Origin: Acidobacteriota bacterium
GTDB taxonomy: Bacteria; Acidobacteriota; UBA4820; DSQY01
NCBI GenBank assembly: GCA_049967655.1
Contig: JBMFSH010000024.1
Location: 1 to 40,453, forward strand
Direction: 5' to 3'
DNA length: 40,453 nt
This document shows, in pieces, positions 10,032 to 21,479 of the stretch. The translations under genes and the position numbers were made by a program. The notes below the pieces were generated by a model, which searched no databases, was not told the origin of the DNA, and saw nothing but the letters and a program-made list of their open reading frames with translations. Numbering within the stretch: the first letter of the stretch is position 1; each line of letters starts with the position of its first letter.

Positions 10032-10766
10032 CTACTTGTTCCCCTCGATGACCACCGTGGGTGGAACGGCGGAGATCTGCTCCTGGACGCTTTGAATCTG
10101 GCTGTCCAGGCCGGACAACTGATCCCTCACGCTGTTCAGCTGGGACTGGGCCTGGTCGATCTGCGCCTGAATCCTCTGTTTGTCGTCGTACTGGGTGGAG
10201 AAATTGAATTTCTGCTGTAGCTCCTGGACCTGCTTGCTCAGGTCGGCCTGCTGACGCTGGGCCGTGAACCTGTCACTCATGAGCGAGTTTAGCCGGTTCT
10301 GCAGTTCCTGCCGGGCGCGCTGCGCGTGAGCCGCCTCCGCGGCCTGCCTGTCTTCCCTGGGAGCGGGCTTGGGCCCCTCCTCGGCGGAGGAGGTCTCCCC
10401 GTTGGCTGGAGAGGTCAGTTCGCCCTCGTTGGCAAGGCGGGAATGGGCCGTGATCTTGTTGAGCATCTCGTCGGTAATGACGAGAGGCTGGGGCTTTTCA
10501 GGAGGAAGCACGGAGGCGGGAACCACGCCCTGCATGTCCGGGGTGGCCTTGAGCGTGTTCAGTTTTTGGCTCGCCTCCAGGTCCACCTGATTTGCGGGCA
10601 GGTAGAGCGTGAGCCCTTCCTTCGTGAAGAAGGCGAGATCCTTCTTGATCACCGGTTTTTCTTCGGCGGTGATGATCTTGCCGTTCTTGAGCTGGATCTT
10701 GTATTCGGCAAGGACCGAAGCCCCCACCAGACAGAACATCGTGGTTAGAAGGAGAATCCGCTTCAT
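10032..10766 (-). CDS. Secreted hypothetical protein with C-terminal Gln-rich coiled coil
   Basis: Signal peptide MKRILLLTTMFCLVGASVLA, small beta domain (KIQLKNGKII), long heptad region. AAGGGG RBS. Confidence 0.8.
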   Translation of the reverse strand: MKRILLLTTMFCLVGASVLAEYKIQLKNGKIITAEEKPVIKKDLAFFTKEGLTLYLPANQVDLEASQKLNTLKATPDMQGVVPASVLPPEKPQPLVITDEMLNKITAHSRLANEGELTSPANGETSSAEEGPKPAPREDRQAAEAAHAQRARQELQNRLNSLMSDRFTAQRQQADLSKQVQELQQKFNFSTQYDDKQRIQAQIDQAQSQLNSVRDQLSGLDSQIQSVQEQISAVPPTVVIEGNK

Positions 10767-10824
10767 TCCTAACCCCCTTTCGCGCTTTTATAGTATGGCG
10801 CCTTGAGGGCGGCCGGTCAAGATT

Positions 10825-10852
10825 GGGGACAGGGGATAGGGGACAAGGGACA
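10825..10852 (+). repeat. Heptamer tandem repeat (GGGGACA)-like x4
   Basis: GGGGACA GGGGATA GGGGACA AGGGACA in the divergent intergenic region. Confidence 0.65.
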
Positions 10853-10937
10853 GGGGGGATCAACGGCGGCGCCTGGCGATTTCTCGTCGGCGCGCGCAGT
10901 GGGGGCGGGCGAGGCGAGTGGGACCGATTTGACACAC

Positions 10938-13925
10938 ATGCCCGCCGTTGATAGTCTGGCCAAGTCGGAGGCACCCTTGTCCCAGCTCTCGCGGGAAGCC
11001 TGGAAGGCCTTTTTCAGGGGGGACTATCTCAGGGCGGGAGATCTCTACAGGGCGGCCGGTCTCCAAGAAAAAGCGCTGAAGATGTACCTGAAGGCGGGTG
11101 CCCTATCGGCGGCCTCCCAGGTGGAGGAAGCGCTCGGGCGGGTATCGCAGGCGGTGGATCACCTGATGCGGGCCGGCGATCCGACCTCCGCCGCCCAGAT
11201 GCTGGCCCGCCACGGCCAGTTCGGCCGTGCAGCCCAGATCATGGGTGAATCGGGCAATAAGTTCCAGGCGGCCCAGCTCGCGCTCAAGGGGGGCCATAAG
11301 ACCCTTGCCGCCCAGTACCTGGAGCAGTCGGGACGGTACCTGGACGCTGGCCGTCTCCATTTTCAAACCGGCAACGTGGAGCGCGCTCTCCTTCTCTTCG
11401 AGAAGACGGTCAAGGCTCTGCCCTCCATGGATCTTCTGACGGCGGCGGACCAGCTCCAGCAGCGGGAGCAGCTGACGGAGATCGCCCGCTTCTTCGAGGA
11501 GGGGCAGGCCTATACCCGCGCCGCCGAAGTCCACGAGAGCCTGAACAACGTGATGCAGGCGGCCCAGTGCTACGAGGCCGCCAAACAGTACACCAAGGCC
11601 ATGGAGCTCTACCAGCGGGCGGGTGCCATGGAGAGGGTTTCGGCGCTCGCGGACCGGCAAGAGAACACTCCCACCGAACTCCGGGCCGAGGCGCTCCTGG
11701 CCAAGGGTGAGATGGGGGAGGCGGCCCTCCTCTTCGTCAAGGCCGGCCGCAAGGAGCGGGCCGCGGAGCTGCTGGAGAAGGCGGGGAACGTGGCTGGAGC
11801 GGCGGAACTGCGGAGGGAGATGGGAGATTACGAGGCGGCCGGCAACCTCTTCTTCCGGGCCCAGGCCTACCTTCCCGCCGCTGAGAGTTTCCAAGAGGCC
11901 GGCCTCCACGGCATGGCCAAGCAGTGCTATCTCGAGGCGGGTGACCTCGGTCTAGCCTGTCGGATGGCCTATGAGGCGGGTGACTGGGAGGAGGCGGTCG
12001 ATCTGGCGGCCAGCAGGGAGGATCGGGAGTACCTCCTCAAGCGGTTGCAGGCTCTCCCGGAGGGGCGCGAACTCCAGGCGCGGATCGGCGTCCTGAAAGC
12101 CAGGCTCTTCGTTGAATTGGACCAGCCGGAGCTGGCGCGGGTGTGCCTGGAGGGCCTGCCCGCCTCCTCCGGGGCGGAGGATCTCTGGCGCCTCTACCTG
12201 CTGGGGCGGACGCGGGAAGCCGAGGGAAGGCTGGATGAGGCCTCCTCCGCCTACCGCCAGGTCATGGCTCAGGACCTCTCCTTCCGGGACGTCAAGAGCC
12301 GGCTGGAGGGCATCAAGCGCCAGCCCCAGGCTGCGGCGCCCTTGAAGGACGAGCGGTACCGCGCCGTGAGGCCCAGGGGGAGGGACGCCTTCGGCCCGTG
12401 GTTCGAGGGGGAGGATGGCTCTCTCCGCCTGCCCGTTCTTATCCACACCGCCAGGACTCCGAGATCGGGCGATCCTCTCTCGGCGCAGGAGGGCCTCCAA
12501 GCGAAACTGGAGCTCCGGCACTCGGCCATCCTTTCGCTCAGGGACGCGGTACCCAGCGGGGATGAGACGATCCTGATCTACGAGTCCTTTGACGGACGCC
12601 CTCTGTCGGCTTGGCTCGGGGAGGGTTATGCTCCCTCCGCCTACGGCGCCGTGGACAAGCTCCGGCAGAGCCTGGAGGCGCTGGCCGAGGCGCACAGACG
12701 CGGGGTGGTTCACGGCCACGTATCGCCGGACGCCGTCTTTATGGACGGGGAGGGGCGGATCAAGATCCACGGTTTCGGTCTGCTGGGCGCGTGGAGGGAT
12801 CTGGAGCCTTCGCCGGAGAGGGAGGTGCTGAGGCCCTACCTGGCGCCCGAGGTTCTGGCCGGGGGGATTCCGACGGCGCGGTCCGACCTCTTCGGGGCCG
12901 GTGCGCTCTTCATTCGCCTGGTCACCGGAGCCGCCCCCGACCGGCCAAAGGAGGGGGAGGGCTCCAGTTCCGCCGATCCCCTCCAGGGGGCATCCGTGGC
13001 GGAAAACGTCCGGGCCCTGGTGTTCAAGCTCCTGGAGGTCCAGCCCGACGGGCGCTACGCGGATGCCGCCGAGGCGCTCCAAGAGCTGTCGGCCCAGGAA
13101 CTGCCTCCTGGCTCCGTGATCGCGGGTCGGTACGAGGTCCTCGAGGAGCTGGGGCGAGGCGGCATGGGCCAGGTCTTCCGCGTCAGAGACCGGGAACTGG
13201 ACGAGGTCATCGCCCTCAAGACCCTGCGCCGGCGGCCCGACCTGAGCGAGCAGGCGCGCTCCAGGTTCCTGCGGGAGATCAAGCTCACGAGAAAGATTAC
13301 CCACCCCAACGTCGTCAGGGTGTTCGACCTGGGCGCCTGGAGAGACCTCTCCTTCATCACCATGGAGTACATCCCCGGGAGGACGCTCAGCCAGTGGGTG
13401 CGGGACGGCGAAGGGAAGAGCGCGAACCTCAGACAGAAGGTGGAGATTCTCCGGGCGGTGGCGGCGGGACTGGCCGAGGCCCACAAGCTGGGCATTATCC
13501 ACCGCGACCTCAAACCGCAGAACGTGATCCTCACGCCCAACGGCATCCCCAAGCTCCTGGATTTCGGCATCGCCTACACGGAGGCGGAGGGGAACGAGGA
13601 GCTCACGCAGGAGGGCCACTTCGTGGGTTCCCCCAAGTACGTGTCCCCCGAGCAGATCCAGGGCTTGCCCCTCGACTCGCGGTCCGACATCTACTGCCTG
13701 GGGCTGCTCGCCTATTTCCTGCTGACCGGCCACGACGCCTTCACGGGAGACAAACCCTCGACGATCCTGATCAAGCAGCTCAAGGAGTCGCCCCTTCCCC
13801 CCTCGCGCCTGGTCCGCCTTCCGCCCAGCCTGGAGTCGCTCGTCCTGAAGTGCCTGAACAAGAAACCCGACGACCGCCCGTCCGACCTAGCCGAAGTCTC
13901 ACGGACGCTCAAGGAGATCGTATGA
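10938..13925 (+). CDS. TPR/SNAP-like helical-repeat protein with tandem pseudokinase and Ser/Thr kinase domains
   Basis: About 470 aa of 'AA..YE.AG' repeats, then a degenerate kinase (~12354-13090), then an intact Hanks kinase (GRGGMG, IALK, HRDLKPQN, DFG, SPE, DIYCLG). No TM segment seen. Start placed at ATG 10938. Confidence 0.9.
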   Translation: MPAVDSLAKSEAPLSQLSREAWKAFFRGDYLRAGDLYRAAGLQEKALKMYLKAGALSAASQVEEALGRVSQAVDHLMRAGDPTSAAQMLARHGQFGRAAQIMGESGNKFQAAQLALKGGHKTLAAQYLEQSGRYLDAGRLHFQTGNVERALLLFEKTVKALPSMDLLTAADQLQQREQLTEIARFFEEGQAYTRAAEVHESLNNVMQAAQCYEAAKQYTKAMELYQRAGAMERVSALADRQENTPTELRAEALLAKGEMGEAALLFVKAGRKERAAELLEKAGNVAGAAELRREMGDYEAAGNLFFRAQAYLPAAESFQEAGLHGMAKQCYLEAGDLGLACRMAYEAGDWEEAVDLAASREDREYLLKRLQALPEGRELQARIGVLKARLFVELDQPELARVCLEGLPASSGAEDLWRLYLLGRTREAEGRLDEASSAYRQVMAQDLSFRDVKSRLEGIKRQPQAAAPLKDERYRAVRPRGRDAFGPWFEGEDGSLRLPVLIHTARTPRSGDPLSAQEGLQAKLELRHSAILSLRDAVPSGDETILIYESFDGRPLSAWLGEGYAPSAYGAVDKLRQSLEALAEAHRRGVVHGHVSPDAVFMDGEGRIKIHGFGLLGAWRDLEPSPEREVLRPYLAPEVLAGGIPTARSDLFGAGALFIRLVTGAAPDRPKEGEGSSSADPLQGASVAENVRALVFKLLEVQPDGRYADAAEALQELSAQELPPGSVIAGRYEVLEELGRGGMGQVFRVRDRELDEVIALKTLRRRPDLSEQARSRFLREIKLTRKITHPNVVRVFDLGAWRDLSFITMEYIPGRTLSQWVRDGEGKSANLRQKVEILRAVAAGLAEAHKLGIIHRDLKPQNVILTPNGIPKLLDFGIAYTEAEGNEELTQEGHFVGSPKYVSPEQIQGLPLDSRSDIYCLGLLAYFLLTGHDAFTGDKPSTILIKQLKESPLPPSRLVRLPPSLESLVLKCLNKKPDDRPSDLAEVSRTLKEIV

Positions 13926-15220
13926 GCCGCATCTACGTCCTGGACACGAACGTCCTCCTTCATGACCCCTATTGCATCTACAAATTCCACGAGCACCACG
14001 TGGTGATCCCCATCTGGGTCATTGAGGAGGTGGACCGCTTCAAGCGAGACGTCACCGAGATCGGGCGCAGCGCCCGTGAGGTCTCCAGGCAGCTGGACAA
14101 GCTGAGGCGGGAGGGTCCCCTGTCGAGCGGCGTCTCCCTCCCATCGGGCGGCACGCTCCGGGTGGTGATCGAGGAGGTGGAGAAAGACCTCCCGCCCTCC
14201 ATCCGGGAAGGGAGCGCGGACAACCTCATCCTGGCCGTGGCGCTCTACTTCAAGCGCCGAAAGCAGGAGGTGGTCTTCGTCACCAAGGATACCAACCTCC
14301 GCATCAAGGCCGACGCCTTCGGCATCCCGGCGGAGGACTACGAAACGGACAAGGTGCAGATCGAGGAGCTCTACGCGGGGCACCGCTCCATCGCGGTTCC
14401 GAGGCAGACCCTCGACGAGCTGTTCTCGAAGCGGGCCGTCGCCTGCCCCGAGCCCCTTCATCCCAACGAGATGGTGCTTCTCGTGGACGAGCAGAGCCCG
14501 TCCCACACGGCCCTCGCGCGCCATTCGCCGGAGGATGACCTGGTCGTTCCCATCGACGACGTGAAAGGCATGTGGGGCATCACGCCTCGGAACAAGGAGC
14601 AGCGCTTTGCTCTGGACCTCCTGCTGAACGACCAGATCCCGCTCGTGACGCTGGTGGGGAAAGCCGGGACGGGAAAGACCCTCCTCGCCCTGGCGGCCGG
14701 CCTCCACAAGGTCGCGGACCAGCAGGTCTTCAAGCGGCTCCTGGTGACCCGGCCCATTTTTCCCATGGGGCGGGATATTGGCTACCTGCCGGGAGAGCTG
14801 GAGGAGAAGCTCAAGCCCTGGATGCAGCCCATCTTCGACAACCTCGAACTGCTCCTGAACCTCTCCTACAGCAACAGGGGCCACGACGCCTACAGGGAGC
14901 TGGTGGACCAGAGGATCCTGGAGATCGAGGCCCTGACCTACATCCGCGGACGCTCCATCCCTCAGCAGTTCATGATCGTGGACGAGGCGCAGAACCTCAC
15001 CCCCCACGAGGTCAAGACCATCATCACCCGCGCGGGGGAGCAGACCAAGATCGTGCTCACGGGCGATCCCTACCAGATCGACAACCCTTATATCGACGCT
15101 TCGTCCAACGGGCTGACCTACGCCGTGGAGAAGTTCAAGCACCAGAAGCTGGCCGGGCACATGAGCCTGAGCCGCGGTGAGCGCTCTCCGCTCGCCGAGA
15201 TCGCCGCCAACGTACTCTAG
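13922..15220 (+). CDS. PIN-PhoH family protein (PhoH2/YlaK-like)
   Basis: YVLDTNVLLHDP PIN domain, DNLIL, TKDTNLRIKA, Walker A GKAGTGKT, GYLPG, YIRGRSI, DEAQN, GDPYQID. ATGA overlap with the kinase stop. Confidence 0.95.
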   Translation: MSRIYVLDTNVLLHDPYCIYKFHEHHVVIPIWVIEEVDRFKRDVTEIGRSAREVSRQLDKLRREGPLSSGVSLPSGGTLRVVIEEVEKDLPPSIREGSADNLILAVALYFKRRKQEVVFVTKDTNLRIKADAFGIPAEDYETDKVQIEELYAGHRSIAVPRQTLDELFSKRAVACPEPLHPNEMVLLVDEQSPSHTALARHSPEDDLVVPIDDVKGMWGITPRNKEQRFALDLLLNDQIPLVTLVGKAGTGKTLLALAAGLHKVADQQVFKRLLVTRPIFPMGRDIGYLPGELEEKLKPWMQPIFDNLELLLNLSYSNRGHDAYRELVDQRILEIEALTYIRGRSIPQQFMIVDEAQNLTPHEVKTIITRAGEQTKIVLTGDPYQIDNPYIDASSNGLTYAVEKFKHQKLAGHMSLSRGERSPLAEIAANVL

Positions 15221-15241
15221 GGCGGCCGTGGGGAGGCGGTT

Positions 15242-15835
15242 GTGAAGGGGAGTCCAAAGTCGCCCCGTTCCTTGACGCACGCGCGCCGGCCCTCCTTGCT
15301 TCGGGTGGCCGTGGCCGCCCTGGCCCTGCTCTCGGCGGTCGCGGTCTGGGCTGCGGGCCCCTACGTCGAAGGTCTCACCTGGGAATACCGGGGCCGAGAC
15401 CTGGTGGCCTCCTTCGGCGTGGGAGACGCGCTGGACCGGCCCGACCTGAAGGAGCTCATCCAATCCACCCAGCCCGTGAACCTCTTCTTCACCGTGGAAG
15501 TGGTGAAGCACCGCACCCTCTGGAGGGACAAGCTGGTGGTGCGTCACGTGGTCGTCCACACGGTCCGATTTGACAACCTGACGCGCCAGTACTCCCTGGA
15601 GACCAAGGTGGACGACAAGGTCACCGACCGGAGGGCGGTGGGGAGCTGGGCCGAGATGGCCAGCTACATGAAGGAGGTCAAGGACCTCACGGTGACCTCC
15701 GTGGCGAACCTCGAACCTTCCGAGGGCGGCTATTCCATCCGGGTGAGGGTGCACGTGCTCACCAATTTCGTGCTCTGGATCTTCCCCTGGGACGTCCAGA
15801 CGCCGTGGGTCAGCCAGACCCTTGAGACGCCATGA
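15242..15835 (+). CDS. DUF4390-like exported protein
   Basis: Signal/TM segment, RFDNLTRQY motif, terminal TPW. Typical position directly upstream of ntrY. Start uncertain. Confidence 0.75.
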   Translation: MKGSPKSPRSLTHARRPSLLRVAVAALALLSAVAVWAAGPYVEGLTWEYRGRDLVASFGVGDALDRPDLKELIQSTQPVNLFFTVEVVKHRTLWRDKLVVRHVVVHTVRFDNLTRQYSLETKVDDKVTDRRAVGSWAEMASYMKEVKDLTVTSVANLEPSEGGYSIRVRVHVLTNFVLWIFPWDVQTPWVSQTLETP

Positions 15836-17946
15836 GGCCGCGCCTGACACCCCGCTCCTTCATGATCCTCATCGCCTGCGCGGGCCTGCTCATGGTGGGC
15901 GGGTTCATCCTGGTCATACGGCGCCAGCAGGAGGCGGAGAACATCACGCCCGCCGGCAACTACCTCCTCACCGCGCTCTCGCTGGTCAACCTCCTGCTCA
16001 TGATGGTGTTGCTCTTCGTGCTCTTCCGGGAGCTGGTGAAGGGCTTCATCGCGTGGCGGAGGCAGCGGGAGGGCGCGAGGTTCAGGACCCGCCTGCTGAC
16101 CGCCTTTGTCCTCCTGGGCCTCCTCCCCTCGCTCCTGCTCTTCGTGAGCGCCATCCTCCTGATCGAGTCCACGGTGAACCGGTGGTTCCGTTCCCCCGTG
16201 GGCACGGTGGCCTCGGCCAGCCAGGAGCTCGTGGACAAGACCCTCGACATGGTGCGGGACGAGAGCTACAGGAAGGCCAAGGCCCTGGCCTGGCAGCTGA
16301 AGAAGATCTCCCCCGAGCTGCGGCCCGCGCTCACCAGCCACCTCTGGCAGGCGGGCGACATGGACGCCGTGGCGCTCATCAACCGCGACGGGACCGTCCT
16401 CACCAAGATGCCTCCGGGGTTTCCCGCGCCCACGGCCTACAAGGTGGACAAGATCTTCCAGCCGGGCGGGCTCCTGGGCTGGATCGACCTGACCCCGGTG
16501 CCTACGGTGGTGAGCGGTGTGGAGGTGGACGACCACACGGGCATCATGGTGGGAATGTTCCTGCCGAAGGGGCTCTTCGCCCAGGCCAAGGTGATCTCGG
16601 ACAACAACAAACAGTACCTCCAGATCCACAGCCAGCGGCAGACGCTCAAGATCTCCATGATCTCCTCCTTCCTGGCGCTCACGCTGCTCGTAACCTTCGT
16701 GGCGGTCTGGATCGGCTCCCAGCTCTTCCGGGAGGTCAGCCTGCCGCTGCAGCTGCTGCTGGAGGGCACGCAGGAGCTATCGAGGGGCAATTTGTTGCAC
16801 CGGATCAGCTACGACGGACGGGACGAGATCGGCCAGGTGGTCTCCTCCTTCAACCAGATGACCCAGGAGCTCGAGGCCAGCAAGGCCGAGCTGGAGCGCA
16901 GCAATGCCGAGATCCGCGCCGCCTCGGAAGCGGCGGAGCGAGGCCGCCGGTACATCGAGACCCTCCTCGAGACCCTGAACATCGGCGTCATCTCCACGGA
17001 CGCGGACGGTCAGCTCAGGACCCTCAATCCGAAGGCGCGCGACATCTTGGACATGCACCCCGGAGAGCCCATGAGAAACCTGGTCTCCCGGCCCGAGTGG
17101 GGCCCCGTCGGGGCGGTCATCGCGGGGGCGGCGAAGCGGAGCGTGGCCAACCGCGAGGTCATGCTCAACACCCGAAAGGGCCACGTGATCCTCTCCGTCA
17201 CCGTGACTCCGTTGAAGGGCCCGGACGGGAAGGTGTTCGGGAGCCTGATCATCCTGGAGGACATCAGCGACCTAGCCAGGGCCCAGCGCATCGCGGCCTG
17301 GCAGGAGGCGGCCCAGCGGATGGCCCACGAGATCAAGAACCCGCTGACGCCGATCCGCCTGTCTGCCCAGCGGATCCGCAAGAAGGTCCGGGAGGGCGCC
17401 TCCGATCTCGAATCCGCGGTGCTGGAGGGCACCGCCACCATCGAGCGGGAAGTCGAGGCCATGATGACCATCGTCAACGAATTCTCCCGCTTCGCGCGGC
17501 TTCCCGAGGTGCACCCGAAGGCCGCCTCGTTGCCCGCCCTCATCCAGGCCACCGTCGCCTCCTACCACGCCGCCTCCTCCACCGTGGATTTCCGGCTGGA
17601 TCTGCCCAGCGACTTTCCCGCCGTTCGACTCGACCTGGAGCAGATGGGCCGCGTGTTCAAGAACCTCTTCGAGAACGCCATCCAGGCCATGGACACCTCG
17701 GGGCAGCTTTTCGTGGGGCTGCGCGAGGAGGCCGGCCAGGCGGTGGTCACGATCAGGGATACGGGCCCCGGGATCCCGCCGGAGGCCCGCTCCAGGCTCT
17801 TCCTTCCCTATTTCTCCACCAAGCGCAAGGGCACGGGCCTGGGACTGGCCATCGTGGCGCGCATCCTGGAGGAGCACGGGGGGACGATTCGGGTGGATGA
17901 AGAGTACCGGGACGGGGCGGGCTTCATCGTGACGCTTCCGATCTGA
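15832..17946 (+). CDS. ntrY: NtrY-like sensor histidine kinase (HAMP-PAS-HisKA-HATPase)
   Basis: RFRTRLLTAF..TVNRWF, HAMP (RDEIGQVVSSFNQMT), AWQEAAQRMAHEIKNPLTPIRLSA, EFSRFARLP, N/G1/F/G2 boxes. Confidence 0.9.
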   Translation: MRPRLTPRSFMILIACAGLLMVGGFILVIRRQQEAENITPAGNYLLTALSLVNLLLMMVLLFVLFRELVKGFIAWRRQREGARFRTRLLTAFVLLGLLPSLLLFVSAILLIESTVNRWFRSPVGTVASASQELVDKTLDMVRDESYRKAKALAWQLKKISPELRPALTSHLWQAGDMDAVALINRDGTVLTKMPPGFPAPTAYKVDKIFQPGGLLGWIDLTPVPTVVSGVEVDDHTGIMVGMFLPKGLFAQAKVISDNNKQYLQIHSQRQTLKISMISSFLALTLLVTFVAVWIGSQLFREVSLPLQLLLEGTQELSRGNLLHRISYDGRDEIGQVVSSFNQMTQELEASKAELERSNAEIRAASEAAERGRRYIETLLETLNIGVISTDADGQLRTLNPKARDILDMHPGEPMRNLVSRPEWGPVGAVIAGAAKRSVANREVMLNTRKGHVILSVTVTPLKGPDGKVFGSLIILEDISDLARAQRIAAWQEAAQRMAHEIKNPLTPIRLSAQRIRKKVREGASDLESAVLEGTATIEREVEAMMTIVNEFSRFARLPEVHPKAASLPALIQATVASYHAASSTVDFRLDLPSDFPAVRLDLEQMGRVFKNLFENAIQAMDTSGQLFVGLREEAGQAVVTIRDTGPGIPPEARSRLFLPYFSTKRKGTGLGLAIVARILEEHGGTIRVDEEYRDGAGFIVTLPI

Positions 17947-17956
17947 AGGAGCGAGC

Positions 17957-19316
<1,360 letters not shown>

Positions 19317-19333
<17 letters not shown>

Positions 19334-20603
19334 GGCCACCAAGGAGATCACGCTGAAGATCGTCTACTATGGCCCTGGCCTGTGCGGGAAGACCACCAAT
19401 CTGGAGTACATCTACAAAACGGCCAATCCCGAGAAGAAGGGCAAGCTCCTCTCCGTGGCCACGGAGACCGATCGGACGCTCTTCTTCGATTTCCTTCCCA
19501 TGGAGCTGGGCACCATCCGTGGTATGCGCGTCCGCGTGCAGCTCTACACGGTTCCCGGGCAGGTGTTCTACGACGCCACCCGGCGCATCGTGCTGCGCGG
19601 AAGCGACGGCGTGGTCTTCGTGGCCGACTCCCAGAGCGCGATGATGGACGCCAACCTAGAGAGCATGGAGAACCTCAAGCACAACCTGCGGCTCAACACC
19701 CTGGACCCAGACGGCATCCCGCTCGTGCTGCAGTACAACAAGCAGGACCTCCCCAACCTGTCACCCGTGGAGGAGATGGAGACCCGGCTCAACTGGCGCG
19801 GCGTGCCCTCCTTTACCTCGGTGGCCACGGAGGGTCAGGGGGTCAACGAGACCCTCCGCAAGATCATCGAGCAGGTCATCCGCAAGCTCCAGGAGAGCGA
19901 GGAGAGCCTAAAGGCGGCCAAGCGCGTGAGGCGTCCCGGGGTTTACGGCGAGCCCGCGGAGGACCGGTTCTCCTCGGGAGAGAGGCCGACCGTGACGGCG
20001 TCGGAGGCCCGGGGTGGGGAGGGGATGGCCCGCGCGGAGGATTCGGGCGAGCGGATCGCCCCCCCCGCGGCGATCTTGGGGCCGACACGCGAAGAGGCGG
20101 CCGGGTGCGCCCCCGCGGGCCCCGCCTCGTCCGTTCCCGAGCCATCACCCGCGCAGGGCCCCGAGGCCACGTGGCCCTCGCCACCGGCGGGGCCCGCGGA
20201 GGAACCCGAGGTGGATTTCGACCTGGACGCCGCTTCGGTGCGGGGCTCGGCCGTCGCGGTGAAGGTGGAGGCGGGCCTGTCGGCGGAGGATGCCGAGGAG
20301 CTCGATCTGGAGCAGGCGGCGCCAGCGGGCGAGGAAGGGGCCCGCGTGGAAGCGAGGCCGGAGCCGCGGCTGGCTCCCGCCGAGCTCGTGGCGCCGGGGA
20401 TCGAGCTGGAGACGCCGCTGTCGGAGATCGCGCAGCCGGCGCCCTCGCCTTCCGGCGCATCCAGGGCGGAGCTGCGTTCCCTGGCCGAGGGCCTCGAAGG
20501 CTGCGTCGCCAAACTCCGTGAGGTGACCGACGAGGTGGAGGTGCTGCGGGAGCGCCTCCGGGCCCTGGAGGCGAAGGCTGGAGAGCCCGGAAACCAGGCC
20601 TAG
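19317..20603 (+). CDS. MglA-family small GTPase with long acidic/Pro-rich tail and terminal coiled coil
   Basis: KIVYYGPGLCGKTTNL, TETDRTLFFDFLP, LYTVPGQVFYDATR, DGVVFVADS, QYNKQD. About 230 aa extension. AAGGAG RBS. Confidence 0.92.
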
Positions 20604-20669
20604 CCGACGCCCCCGGAGGCGGCGGCTCGGAGGTGGGTATGGTATGGTAATAGATCGGAAAGGGCGGTC

Positions 20670-21479
20670 ATGAAAGAGGGCTTCAGGAGCACCGACGGGA
20701 AAGAGCCGCACCCCCTGCTGAGGTTGGTAGATCCCCAGCGGGTCCCCCAGCACGTGGCCATCATCATGGACGGCAACGGCCGCTGGGCCAAGAGCCGGGG
20801 GTTGCCCCGGATCGAGGGGCACAAGGCCGGCATCGAGGCGGTCCGCCAGGCGGTGACCGCCGCCGGGAACCTGCGCGTGCGCTACCTCACGCTCTACGCC
20901 TTCTCCATGGAAAACTGGAAGAGGCCCTCGGCCGAGATCAGGGCGCTCTTCAGCCTATTGAGGCGCTTCATCACCTCTGAGTCGCGGGAGATCCTCAAGA
21001 ACGGGATCCGCTTCAGGACCATCGGCCGGATCGACGACCTGCCCGCCGGAGTCCGCACCCTTCTTCGGGACCTGGAGGAGCGCACGAAGCACTTTGAGGA
21101 GCGGACCCTGACCCTGGCCCTCTCCTATGGAGGCCGTACGGAGATCGCCGACGCCTGCAACGCGCTGGTGGCTGAGGCTCTGCGCACGGGTTTGCCCAAG
21201 GAGGTGACCACCGAGGACGTGGCCCGGCACCTCTACGCGCCCGACCTGCCCGATCCAGACCTCCTCATACGGACCAGCGGGGAGTACCGCATCAGCAACT
21301 TCCTCCTCTGGCAGATCGCCTACGCGGAGATGGTCATCCTGGACATCTTTTGGCCGGACTTCCGGGCTGAGCACTTCTACGAGACGGTGCTGGATTACCA
21401 GCGGCGCGAGCGCCGATACGGCGGCGTCTCTCCCTCCAAGGGGGAGCCGCCCGAGCGGACCCGAAGGAGCGCCCGGTGA
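20670..21479 (+). CDS. uppS: Undecaprenyl diphosphate synthase
   Basis: PQHVAIIMDGNGRWA, YAFSMENWKRP, SYGGR, DLLIRTSGEYRISNFLLWQ, RERRYG. Confidence 0.97.
   Translation: MKEGFRSTDGKEPHPLLRLVDPQRVPQHVAIIMDGNGRWAKSRGLPRIEGHKAGIEAVRQAVTAAGNLRVRYLTLYAFSMENWKRPSAEIRALFSLLRRFITSESREILKNGIRFRTIGRIDDLPAGVRTLLRDLEERTKHFEERTLTLALSYGGRTEIADACNALVAEALRTGLPKEVTTEDVARHLYAPDLPDPDLLIRTSGEYRISNFLLWQIAYAEMVILDIFWPDFRAEHFYETVLDYQRRERRYGGVSPSKGEPPERTRRSAR

Noticed and set aside
12611..13921. 869-aa ORF suggesting a long N-terminal extension of PhoH
   Set aside because: The extension overlaps the kinase domains in another frame and is low-complexity R/G/P. The PIN domain starts at ATG 13922 with an AAGGAG RBS.
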